A program made the translations under genes and the position numbers. 32,000 bases of DNA, taken from the NCBI RefSeq assembly GCF_001462395.1, contig NZ_LNTB01000001.1:270001-302000 (forward strand), read 5' to 3'. This document shows positions 23,852 through 31,108 of this stretch, in pieces. This DNA comes from Pyrodictium occultum (GTDB taxonomy: Archaea > Thermoproteota > Thermoprotei_A > Sulfolobales > Pyrodictiaceae). A model generated the notes under the pieces. The model was not told where the DNA came from and did not search any database. It saw nothing but the letters and a program-made list of their open reading frames with translations. Within the stretch, counting starts at the first letter, position 1; the number at the start of each line of letters is the position of its first letter.

Positions 23852-23996
23852 CCCGGGGCCGCCACGACCCACTCTTTATAACACTGCCCGGCGCCTATCC
23901 AGCCCCCTAGGCTCCCACCAAGGTGTAGTGTCGCCCCCCGGGCCCCGGGGAGAGGGCCTAGGGTGGACGCCACGCTCCCGGAGGGGTGGTGCAGGC

Positions 23997-25829
23997 GTGT
24001 GCGGCATAGCCGGCGTGGCCAGCCTCGACGAGAGGCCGGTCAGCTCCAGGCTGGTCGTGGAGGCCCTGGAGGCTATGAGGGAGAGGGGCACCGAGCACGG
24101 CGCGGGCTACGCTGCCTACAGCCCCGAGCCCCGCGGCCTAGTGCGCGTCCGCGTCTTCACCCGCGTGGGGGTGGACGAGGAGGCGGAGGAGAGGCTCCTA
24201 GGCCCCCTGGCCGTCTCCGGCCCTAGGAGGCTGGTGGACCTCGGCCACGGGGTGGCGGTGGACGAGTGGCTCCTGGCCGACTATCCGCCGGCGGAGGTCC
24301 TCGGGGGGCTCTGGGTCCTCCAGGCCTCCCGCTACCTGGAGGTGTGGAAGAGCATAGGCTGGCCGGGCGAGGTGGCCTCCGCCTACCGGCTCGGGGGCCG
24401 CGAGGCGAGGGCGTGGATAGGACACACCCGCTACCCCACCAACAGCCCCGGGTTCCAGCCCTGGCTCGCCCACCCCTTCTCCATGGGCGAGACGGTGATA
24501 GTGCACAACGGGGACCTCAGCAGCTACGGGTCAAACCGGAGGCTCGTCCAGTACCGCCTTGGGCTGAAGAAGTTCACGGGCAACGATAGCGAGGTGATAG
24601 CCTACCTGATAGAGATGCTGTTCCGCGACGGCTACACGGCCGCCGACGTGGCCGAGGTGCTCTCGGGCGCCCGCGGGCCCCGCTGGGCCCGGCTCGACGG
24701 GCCCCACGCGGTCATATACATCCACGGTGAGGCCCGGGGCCCCGTCTTCGGCGCCTTCGTGGACCAGCACCACCTCCGGCCCCTCTACGTGACCGTGACC
24801 GAGGACCGGGTCTACGTGGCCAGCGAGGCGGCGGCGGTCAAGGCGATGAACCCGGCCGCCAGGCCCCGGATGCTGCGCGGCGGGGGCTACGTGGTGGTCT
24901 ACCCGGACGGCGAGGTGGAGGCGCGGGGGCTGGCCGGGGGGAAGCCGCTCCCCGAGCCGCCCAGGCCCCCCGCCTGGGCGGTGGACGCCAGCAGGATGAG
25001 CAGGGTTGAGCTGAACCAGGCCCTCGCAGCCATGCTCGAGCGGGCAGGCTACGCGGCCGCCTACAACCTGGCCGGCCACCGCTACGTGGCCAATGGGCTG
25101 GGCCCCGGGAGGCTCGAGCTGTGGGGCATCGTGGGCAATGCTAGCCTTAACCTGGTCCGGGGCCTTGACGCCAGGATCTACGGGGACGCCCAGGAGGACC
25201 TGGGCGACAGCATGGAGGGCTCGCGGGTGGTAGTCTATGGCAGCGTCGGGGACACCGCCGGCCAGGCTATGAGGAGCGGGGAGCTCCACGTACTGGGGGA
25301 CGCTGGCAACAGGCTGGGGGTCCAGATGAAGGGCGGGGTGATAGTGGTTAGGGGCGACGTGGGCGACTACCTCGGCGAGTTCATGGCGGGGGGCACAATA
25401 GTGGTCCTCGGCAGGGCCGGCCGCTACATAGCCAGCGGCATGGTGGGCGGGAGGATCTACATCCGTGGCCGCGTCCCCCTCAGCCACATAGGCAAGGCGC
25501 CGCCGAGGAGCCAGGTGGAGCGCTACATAAGGGCTATGGCTGAGCGGGGCGAGATATCCAGGGAGCAGATGAGCCGCGCCCTCCAGAGCCAGACCGTGGA
25601 CGAGCTGCAGGAGGCCCTGGGGGAGAAGTTCGAAAGGCTGGCGAAGCTCTGGGGCGTGCTCCACGTGGGCTACCCCCATGCAGAGTACCGCTACCTCCGC
25701 GGCGACGAGGTCGAGGAGCTGGGCAAGATACTGAGGAGCCACGTGGACGCCACCGGGGTGGCGCTGGACGTTGAGGAGCTGCTCACCCACAAGTACACCG
25801 TGATAAACGCCGCCAGGGTGGGGCACTAG
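23997..25829 (+). CDS. Fusion of class-II (Ntn) glutamine amidotransferase and GXGXG domain (GltB domain-1 + domain-3-like)
   Basis: GTG 23997 is followed directly by the catalytic Cys (V-CGIAGV), as Ntn amidotransferases require. GHTRYPTNS and IVHNGDLSSYG motifs. The C-terminal half has the GXGXG beta-helix repeats (YGDAQEDLGDSMEGSRVVVYGSVGDTAGQAMRSGELHVLGDAGNRLGVQMKGGVIVVRGDVGDYLGEFMAGGTIVVLG). GGAGG box 8-17 nt upstream. Confidence 0.85.
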   Translation: MCGIAGVASLDERPVSSRLVVEALEAMRERGTEHGAGYAAYSPEPRGLVRVRVFTRVGVDEEAEERLLGPLAVSGPRRLVDLGHGVAVDEWLLADYPPAEVLGGLWVLQASRYLEVWKSIGWPGEVASAYRLGGREARAWIGHTRYPTNSPGFQPWLAHPFSMGETVIVHNGDLSSYGSNRRLVQYRLGLKKFTGNDSEVIAYLIEMLFRDGYTAADVAEVLSGARGPRWARLDGPHAVIYIHGEARGPVFGAFVDQHHLRPLYVTVTEDRVYVASEAAAVKAMNPAARPRMLRGGGYVVVYPDGEVEARGLAGGKPLPEPPRPPAWAVDASRMSRVELNQALAAMLERAGYAAAYNLAGHRYVANGLGPGRLELWGIVGNASLNLVRGLDARIYGDAQEDLGDSMEGSRVVVYGSVGDTAGQAMRSGELHVLGDAGNRLGVQMKGGVIVVRGDVGDYLGEFMAGGTIVVLGRAGRYIASGMVGGRIYIRGRVPLSHIGKAPPRSQVERYIRAMAERGEISREQMSRALQSQTVDELQEALGEKFERLAKLWGVLHVGYPHAEYRYLRGDEVEELGKILRSHVDATGVALDVEELLTHKYTVINAARVGH

Positions 25830-27229
25830 CCCCCGGCCTGGGGGCAGCCGTCCCGCCACGGCATATCCCTCGGGGTGACCACCGCGGCCGCCTCCACCGG
25901 CTCAGGGCCCCGGAGCCCCCGGAGGTAGAGGGCCACCTCCGCCCGGTAGCCGTGGTAGCGGCGGGGGAGGGCGGCGTAGAGCCTCGCCAGGGTCTCCCTC
26001 GCCACCCGGGCGGCCTCCCCGCCCGAGAGCAGGGACCACTTAGCCTCCACCGCCAGCAGCCTCCTGGACTCCTCGTCTACTACGACCTGGTCCACCTCCA
26101 GGCCGCGGTGGAGGAGCCTGCCGGCCAGCGTGGGCTCGAGCCCCAGCTCCCTCGATAGCCTGGAGACAGCGTGGCCGGCGGCAAGCCTCTCCCAGGCCTC
26201 GGCGGCCAGCTGCTCGGCCCTCCGCACCGCCTCGCGGCGGGCCCCGGGCAGGCCCTCGGCCAGGCCGCTCCAGAGGGGCTCCACCAGGTAGAGCCAGGAG
26301 CGCAGCAGCCTGTCCCCGACCCGGTAGAGCCCCCGGCGGCTGAAGAGGGGCGTCTCGCGCTCCACCAGCCCGAGGTCGGCGAGCACGCGGAGGTAACGGG
26401 AGGCGTGGCTGGCCGGCATCCCGGCCCTGGAGGCCGCCTCCCCGACGCCCGTGGCGCCCTGGGCCAGGGCGCGGAGGAGGGCCAGGTAGGGGTGGGGGTC
26501 GCGGAACTCCTCGCGGAGGAGGAAGAGGGGCTCGTCCGAGAGGGCGCCCCCGGGGCCGAAGAGCGAGAGGTAGGCCTCCACGGGCGCGGTGGAGTCGTCT
26601 ATCAGCCGGAGGTATTGGGGCACGCCGCCCAGCAGCGCGTAGAGCCTCACCAGGTCCTCCTCCCCGTAGCGTGGCGCGAAGTAGGGGAGGCACCAGGCCG
26701 GCAGCTCGCCCAGCCGGAGGCGGAGCCTAGCCCTCCCGTAGAGGGGGGCGCCGCCGCCCAGCAGGTCCCTCTCGACCAGCCCGACCAGGCTCCCGGAGAT
26801 CACTAGGAGCAGCCGGGTCCCGGGGAGCACGTGGTCCACGAACCACTGGAGGTCGGAGGCCACGGAGGGGGAGACGCGGAGCCAGTAGGTGAACTCATCC
26901 AGCACTATAGCGGCCCTCCTCCCCTCGAGGAGCCTGGAGGCGAGCTGGAGGAGGTCGCGGAGGCTGCGGAACCCGAGCCTCGAGAGCCCCCCGAGCCCCA
27001 GCTGCTCCTCGAGGCTCCGCGCCAGCTCCTCGAGGTTCTGGCTGCTGCTCCAGAGCCCGGCCTGGAAGTAGGCGTGGGGCCTGCCGCGGAGCCACTCGAG
27101 GATGAGCCTCGTCTTCCCCACCCGCCTTCTCCCGTAGACCACTACGAGCCCGGGCTCGCCCCGGCTCCAGAGCCTTTCCAGCGCCTCCAGCTCCCCGGCG
27201 CGGTCGATGAAGAAGCCCGGGTCCACCAC
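25826..27229 (-). CDS. Archaeal ATPase (PF01637-like AAA/STAND NTPase) with C-terminal DUF234 / PD-(D/E)xK-like domain
   Basis: N-terminus FIDRAGELEALERL, Walker A YGRRRVGKT, Walker B AAIVLDEF. The C-terminal EVDQVVVDEESRRLLAVEAKWS resembles a D..E.K nuclease-fold motif. GTG start. Confidence 0.85.
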   Translation of the reverse strand: MVDPGFFIDRAGELEALERLWSRGEPGLVVVYGRRRVGKTRLILEWLRGRPHAYFQAGLWSSSQNLEELARSLEEQLGLGGLSRLGFRSLRDLLQLASRLLEGRRAAIVLDEFTYWLRVSPSVASDLQWFVDHVLPGTRLLLVISGSLVGLVERDLLGGGAPLYGRARLRLRLGELPAWCLPYFAPRYGEEDLVRLYALLGGVPQYLRLIDDSTAPVEAYLSLFGPGGALSDEPLFLLREEFRDPHPYLALLRALAQGATGVGEAASRAGMPASHASRYLRVLADLGLVERETPLFSRRGLYRVGDRLLRSWLYLVEPLWSGLAEGLPGARREAVRRAEQLAAEAWERLAAGHAVSRLSRELGLEPTLAGRLLHRGLEVDQVVVDEESRRLLAVEAKWSLLSGGEAARVARETLARLYAALPRRYHGYRAEVALYLRGLRGPEPVEAAAVVTPRDMPWRDGCPQAGG

Positions 27230-27266
27230 TCCCCGGCGCCCCGGGCTCCCGGATGCTACACGCCGA

Positions 27267-27276
27267 GTATTATACC
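27267..27276 (-). promoter_or_regulatory. TATA element (GGTATAATAC on the - strand) upstream of the ATPase gene
   Basis: It lies about 40 nt upstream of GTG 27229 in the 84-nt spacer after the wHTH gene. It shares the GGTATA core with the other candidate promoters. Confidence 0.35.
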
Positions 27277-27313
27277 CTGACTGTACTACATCCAGAGGTA
27301 ACCAGATAACATG

Positions 27314-27595
27314 TCAATCCCTGTTTTTACATGTTCTCGTCTCCATCCGCGCGGCGCGGTAGAGGACCCTCCCATCGACCACAGCCCTCTCCACAAGCCC
27401 CATCGACTGGAGCTTGTGGAGCTTCCGGGAGGCAACAGACTTGCTCACACCGAGGAGCCGGGCCACCTCGCTGACCCCCAGGGGGCCGCGGCGCCGGAGC
27501 AGCTCGAGTATCCTCCGGTCCCTCTCATCCAGCCCCGGCTCCACAAGCCTCGGCTCCTCGCCCCCATTCCCCGCCGCTAGTAGCTCGGCCCGCAT
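27314..27595 (-). CDS. Winged-helix transcriptional regulator (ArsR/TrmB-like small wHTH)
   Basis: DERDRRILELLRRRGPLGVSEVARLLGVSKSVASRKLHKLQSMGLVER is a classic wHTH. ATG 27595 was chosen because the GGTATAA box at 27631-27637 is only about 14 nt from the ORF-track start GTG 27619. Confidence 0.75.
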   Translation of the reverse strand: MRAELLAAGNGGEEPRLVEPGLDERDRRILELLRRRGPLGVSEVARLLGVSKSVASRKLHKLQSMGLVERAVVDGRVLYRAARMETRTCKNRD

Positions 27596-27630
27596 ACTAC
27601 CCCGTGTAGACACTGGCACCTGGGTCAGCG

Positions 27631-27637
27631 TTATACC
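27631..27637. promoter_or_regulatory. Shared TATA element (TTATACC / GGTATAA) between the divergent wHTH and phosphoesterase genes
   Basis: About 38 nt from ATG 27595 on the - strand and about 53 nt from GTG 27686 on the + strand. It is the only A/T-rich patch in the 90-nt divergent spacer. Confidence 0.35.
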
Positions 27638-27685
27638 TTAGGACGCTGGTCCCCCGGGCCCCGTACAGCCTGGGGTGCGGGCCCC

Positions 27686-28198
27686 GTGATAGTCGGCGTT
27701 GTGAGCGACACGCATGACGACCAGGAGGCTGTGGCCAAGGCGGCCCGGCTCCTCCTGGAGCAGGGAGCCGAGCTGGTGCTCCACCTGGGCGACATAGTGG
27801 CCCCCTTCACGCTCCGCAGGTTCAGCAGGGAGGGCGTGAAGAGGCTGATAGCGGTCTACGGGAACAACTGCGGCGAGAGGCTGGGCCTGCTGAGGACCGC
27901 TGAGAGCCTGGGCTACGAGATACACGACTGGCCCCACGTGGTCGAGCTGGCGGGGAGGAGGATAGTGATGGTCCACGGCAAGGGCCCCGCGGGGGAGACC
28001 CGGGAGCTGGTGGAGGCGCTGGCCCGCAGCGGCCGCTACGACGCCGTCCTCTACGGCCACACGCACGAGGTGGATGTGAGGAGGGTTGGCTCAACCCTGG
28101 TCCTGAACCCCGGCGAGGCCTGCGGCTGCCTGACCGGGAGGAGGACGGCCGCCATACTGGACACAGAGACCATGGAGGCCAGGGTGCTCGAGCTCTAG
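27686..28198 (+). CDS. MJ0936/YfcE-family metallophosphoesterase (phosphodiesterase)
   Basis: 170 aa. VVSDTHD, LHLGDIV, YGNNCGE, VHGKG and GHTHE occur in the canonical order of the MJ0936 family. GTG start. Confidence 0.85.
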   Translation: MIVGVVSDTHDDQEAVAKAARLLLEQGAELVLHLGDIVAPFTLRRFSREGVKRLIAVYGNNCGERLGLLRTAESLGYEIHDWPHVVELAGRRIVMVHGKGPAGETRELVEALARSGRYDAVLYGHTHEVDVRRVGSTLVLNPGEACGCLTGRRTAAILDTETMEARVLEL

Positions 28199-28668
28199 GC
28201 CCGGGCGCCCCCGGCCTGGAGGAGCCTCCACCGTTTTTTCCTCTCCACCGCCCCGGGGAGCCAGCCGAGGAGGTCGAGGCGGCCCCTCCGGTAGAGGAGC
28301 ACAGCCGCGGCCAGCTTGTGGATGCAGAGCGGGTCCCCGGCCAGCCTAGTCGCCGGGCAGCTGCAGGAGGCGCCGCTCGGAGTGACACGGACCAGGTAGA
28401 GCTGCTGCTCCTCCGGCAGCCTGCCCACCCTCGCAGCAGTCACCCTGTGGCCGCCGCCCCGGAGCAGCTCGAGGAGGTCGGTGTGGCTCACCAGCCTCTC
28501 CCTGGGGAGCAGGCCTAGCCTCTGGCTGGGCACAGCCACGACCGCCTCACGGTTTATGCTGACCAGCGTCGAGCGGCGGGCGAGCCGGAGCGCCCGGATG
28601 ATGTCACGGTCCTCGACGCCCAGCCTCCGGAGCCAGGTATACTCCCTCGAAGCCCTGAGCACAGCCAC
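28195..28668 (-). CDS. Small SWIM zinc-finger protein
   Basis: C-x-C-x10-C-x-H signature CSCPATRLAGDPLCIHK near the C-terminus. The long ORF-track N-terminus (P/R/G-rich, overlapping the divergent MBL gene and the TATA box) was trimmed to GTG 28668. Start is uncertain. Confidence 0.6.
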   Translation of the reverse strand: MAVLRASREYTWLRRLGVEDRDIIRALRLARRSTLVSINREAVVAVPSQRLGLLPRERLVSHTDLLELLRGGGHRVTAARVGRLPEEQQLYLVRVTPSGASCSCPATRLAGDPLCIHKLAAAVLLYRRGRLDLLGWLPGAVERKKRWRLLQAGGARA

Positions 28669-28712
28669 CGCCGCCGCCCCCTGGGCCCGTCCTGTAGAGG
28701 CGCGGCGTAGCC

Positions 28713-28720
28713 TTATATAG
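28713..28720. promoter_or_regulatory. Symmetric TATA box (TTATATAG / CTATATAA) between the divergent SWIM and MBL genes
   Basis: The best TATA match in the window. It lies about 48 nt from SWIM GTG 28668 and about 86 nt from MBL GTG 28803. Confidence 0.4.
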
Positions 28721-28802
28721 AGGCGTGACGAGGGCCGTGGAGCCGCCGCGCCGGAGGCCCTAAGGGGGCCGGCCACGCAGCGCCTAGGGAGGGTCCCGGG
28801 CC

Positions 28803-29756
28803 GTGGAGCCGCTGGAGACCCTAGACCTGGGCTACGCCCTCGTCCAGGTGCTGGATGCGACACCCGAGGGCTTCGGAGTCGACTACATACGCTCCTACAT
28901 AGTCGACGCCGGCGGCCCGGCGGTGGCGGTCATAGACACGGGCCCCGCCTCCACCGCCGAGGCGGTGGCGGAGGCGGCGGCCAGGGCCGCGAGGGGGAGG
29001 CGCGTAGAGGTGATAGTTACCCACGTCCACCTGGACCACGCCGGCGGCGCCGCCCGGGTGGCGAGGCTCCTCCACGCGAGGGGCCTGGAGGCGAGGATCC
29101 GGGCCCACCCCAGGGGCGCGCCCCACCTGGTCGACCCGGCCTCCAGGCTCTGGCCGGCCGCGCGCAAGACCCTCGGGGAGCTGGCCCTGCTCTACGGCGA
29201 GCCCGAGCCGGCCCCCGCCGGCGTGGTGGCTGAGACGGGGGACGGCGAGGAGATAGCACTGGGGGCGGCAAGGCTCCGGGTGCTCCACACCCCGGGGCAC
29301 GCGAGCCATCACCAGAGCCTGGTGCTCGAGCCCGCCTCCGGGGGAGACGAGGAGAAGCTCCTCTTCACCGGCGACTCCGCCGGCATGTACGACCCCCTGG
29401 ATGGGGGCCTGGCGCCCACCACGCCGCCGCCCCTCAGGCTGGACATGTACCGGGAGAGCCTCCGCCGCATGAAGGCCCTGGGGCCTGGCAGGGTTGCGCC
29501 AACCCACATAGGCGTGGGGCCCGGGGAGGTGCTCGAGCTGCACGAGAGGCAGCTCGATGCCTGGGAGCAGGCGGCCCGGGAGGCGCTGGAGAAGGGGCTC
29601 ACGGCCGAGGAGACGCTCCAGGCTATAGCCGGGCGCGACGCCTACACCAGGAGGCTCTACGAGAGGCTCGGCAGGAGCCCCTACGGCCGCCTCATGCTCA
29701 TACTCTCGGTCCACGGCTTCGTAGACTACCTGAAGCGACTCCGGGGGAGGGGCTAG
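28803..29756 (+). CDS. Metallo-beta-lactamase-fold hydrolase
   Basis: H-x-H-x-DH motif VTHVHLDHAGG, a later HTPGHASHH, and GDSAGM. 317 aa with a helical C-terminal extension. GTG start. Confidence 0.85.
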   Translation: MEPLETLDLGYALVQVLDATPEGFGVDYIRSYIVDAGGPAVAVIDTGPASTAEAVAEAAARAARGRRVEVIVTHVHLDHAGGAARVARLLHARGLEARIRAHPRGAPHLVDPASRLWPAARKTLGELALLYGEPEPAPAGVVAETGDGEEIALGAARLRVLHTPGHASHHQSLVLEPASGGDEEKLLFTGDSAGMYDPLDGGLAPTTPPPLRLDMYRESLRRMKALGPGRVAPTHIGVGPGEVLELHERQLDAWEQAAREALEKGLTAEETLQAIAGRDAYTRRLYERLGRSPYGRLMLILSVHGFVDYLKRLRGRG

Positions 29757-29872
29757 CCCCCCGGGCGGCCACGACACAGCGATACCCGGGTTATGGTAGC
29801 GTTGAATAGCCTCCTCTACGGCGCCCGGCCCCGGATGGAGCGGTGGAGCACCCGGCGGAGGGAGGCGCGGCG

Positions 29873-31108
29873 ATGGCCTCTAGGAGCCTCTACTTAATAG
29901 CCGGCGCAGTGCTCGTAGCAGCAATCATAGCGGCCGCCTACTACGCAGCCTCCAGCAGAGAGGCCGGCACAGCCGCCAAGACGGTCACCGTCACCACCAC
30001 TGCAACGGTCACCAGGACTGTGACCAGGACGGTGGCCACCGGTGCCACGGGCACCTGGGCCACCGCGGCTGGCACAGCCACCACCAAGCCGGCGCGGGAG
30101 CTCCTGGTCTACGTCTACGAGGACTTCATGGCCTGGGGAGAAGACCCGAAGCTATTCGACAAGCTCGTGGAGAACTTCACCCGGGAGACCGGGATAAAGG
30201 TGGTGCTCCGCAAGTTCAAAGGCGCCCGCTCCATGGTGGCCCAGGTCATAGCCGAGAAGAGGGTCGGCGCTAGGACAGCCGACGTCGTGGTGGGCGTTGA
30301 CCCGCTGCTGCTCTCGGAGCTCAAGGCACGCGGGCTCGTGGAGTGCTACGCCTCGCCCCAGGCGCCGGCCCAGCTAGTCAGGGCCCTCGACCCGGAGGGC
30401 TGCGCGACCCCGGTGGACTACGGGCTCATAGCACTGGTCTACGACCCCTCCAGGCTCAACGAGACCGAGAAGGCCATGCTCCGCGACGGGGTGACGCTGG
30501 ACGAGCTGGTGAAGCTGGCCCCGAGGCTGGTAGTGGAGGACCCGACGCAGAGCAGCACGGGGCTCAACTTCCTCCTCTACACCATAGCCGTCTCCAGGAT
30601 GGAGGGCAGGGACTGGAAGCAGCTCTGGAAGCAGCTGAAGAGCCGCGGCGTAATGGTGGCCCCCAGCTGGGGCGACGCCTACGACGAGTTCTACAGGGAG
30701 GGGAGCCCCAGGGCGATAGTAGTGAGCTACGGCACCGACCCGGCCTACAGCGCCTGGTACAACGCCAGGAAGGGCCGCGGCGAGAAGCCCAGCATCGAGG
30801 CCACCGTGCTGGTGGCCAACGGCTCCAGGGTGGGCTGGGTCCAGGTGGAGGGCGCGGCGGTGATCAAGGGGGCGCCCCTCGAGGAGGCTAGGAGGTTCGT
30901 CGACTGGCTGCTCAGCCACGAGGTGCAGGACAGGATACCCACCAGCCAGTGGATGATGCCCGTCCGCGGCGACGCCAGGCTGCCAGGCTTCTACCGCTAC
31001 GCCATGGGGCTCGGCAGCGTCGACACCTTGGCTAACACTGGGCTCAGGGCCGGGCCGGGGGAGCTTGAGGAGTGGCTCCGCGACTGGCTGCTGATCATGA
31101 GCGGCTGA
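29873..31108 (+). CDS. ABC-transporter substrate-binding protein (thiamine / Fe(III)-type SBP), membrane-anchored
   Basis: ATG 29873 is preceded by GGAGGGAGG. N-terminal TM anchor LYLIAGAVLVAAIIAAAYY, then a Thr/Val-rich linker, then a periplasmic-binding-protein fold. A permease gene follows. Confidence 0.8.
   Translation: MASRSLYLIAGAVLVAAIIAAAYYAASSREAGTAAKTVTVTTTATVTRTVTRTVATGATGTWATAAGTATTKPARELLVYVYEDFMAWGEDPKLFDKLVENFTRETGIKVVLRKFKGARSMVAQVIAEKRVGARTADVVVGVDPLLLSELKARGLVECYASPQAPAQLVRALDPEGCATPVDYGLIALVYDPSRLNETEKAMLRDGVTLDELVKLAPRLVVEDPTQSSTGLNFLLYTIAVSRMEGRDWKQLWKQLKSRGVMVAPSWGDAYDEFYREGSPRAIVVSYGTDPAYSAWYNARKGRGEKPSIEATVLVANGSRVGWVQVEGAAVIKGAPLEEARRFVDWLLSHEVQDRIPTSQWMMPVRGDARLPGFYRYAMGLGSVDTLANTGLRAGPGELEEWLRDWLLIMSG
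29978..30095 (+). repeat. Low-complexity Thr/Val-rich linker coding repeat (TVTVTTTATVTRTVTRTVATGATGT..TATTKP)
   Basis: Imperfect ACG/ACC-GTC/GTG repeats are visible in the DNA. This is typical of archaeal surface-tethering, probably glycosylated, linkers. Confidence 0.6.

Noticed and set aside
23928-23996. A 23-codon N-terminal extension of the amidotransferase (ORF-track start GTG 23928).
   Set aside because: Class-II amidotransferases need Cys as the first mature residue. GTG 23997 sits immediately before CGIAG and has a GGAGG box upstream. The extension is G/P/R-rich. A cleaved propeptide remains formally possible.
27596-27619. GTG 27619 as the start of the wHTH regulator.
   Set aside because: It lies only about 14 nt from the sole TATA-like element (27631-27637), so it would be upstream of the likely transcription start. 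ATG 27595 fits the spacing seen at other promoters here.
28669-28863. The long N-terminal part of the 222-aa ORF containing the SWIM motif.
   Set aside because: It is a P/R/G/A-rich segment that runs across the TATATA box and into the divergent MBL coding region. It was trimmed to the first start codon downstream of the promoter.
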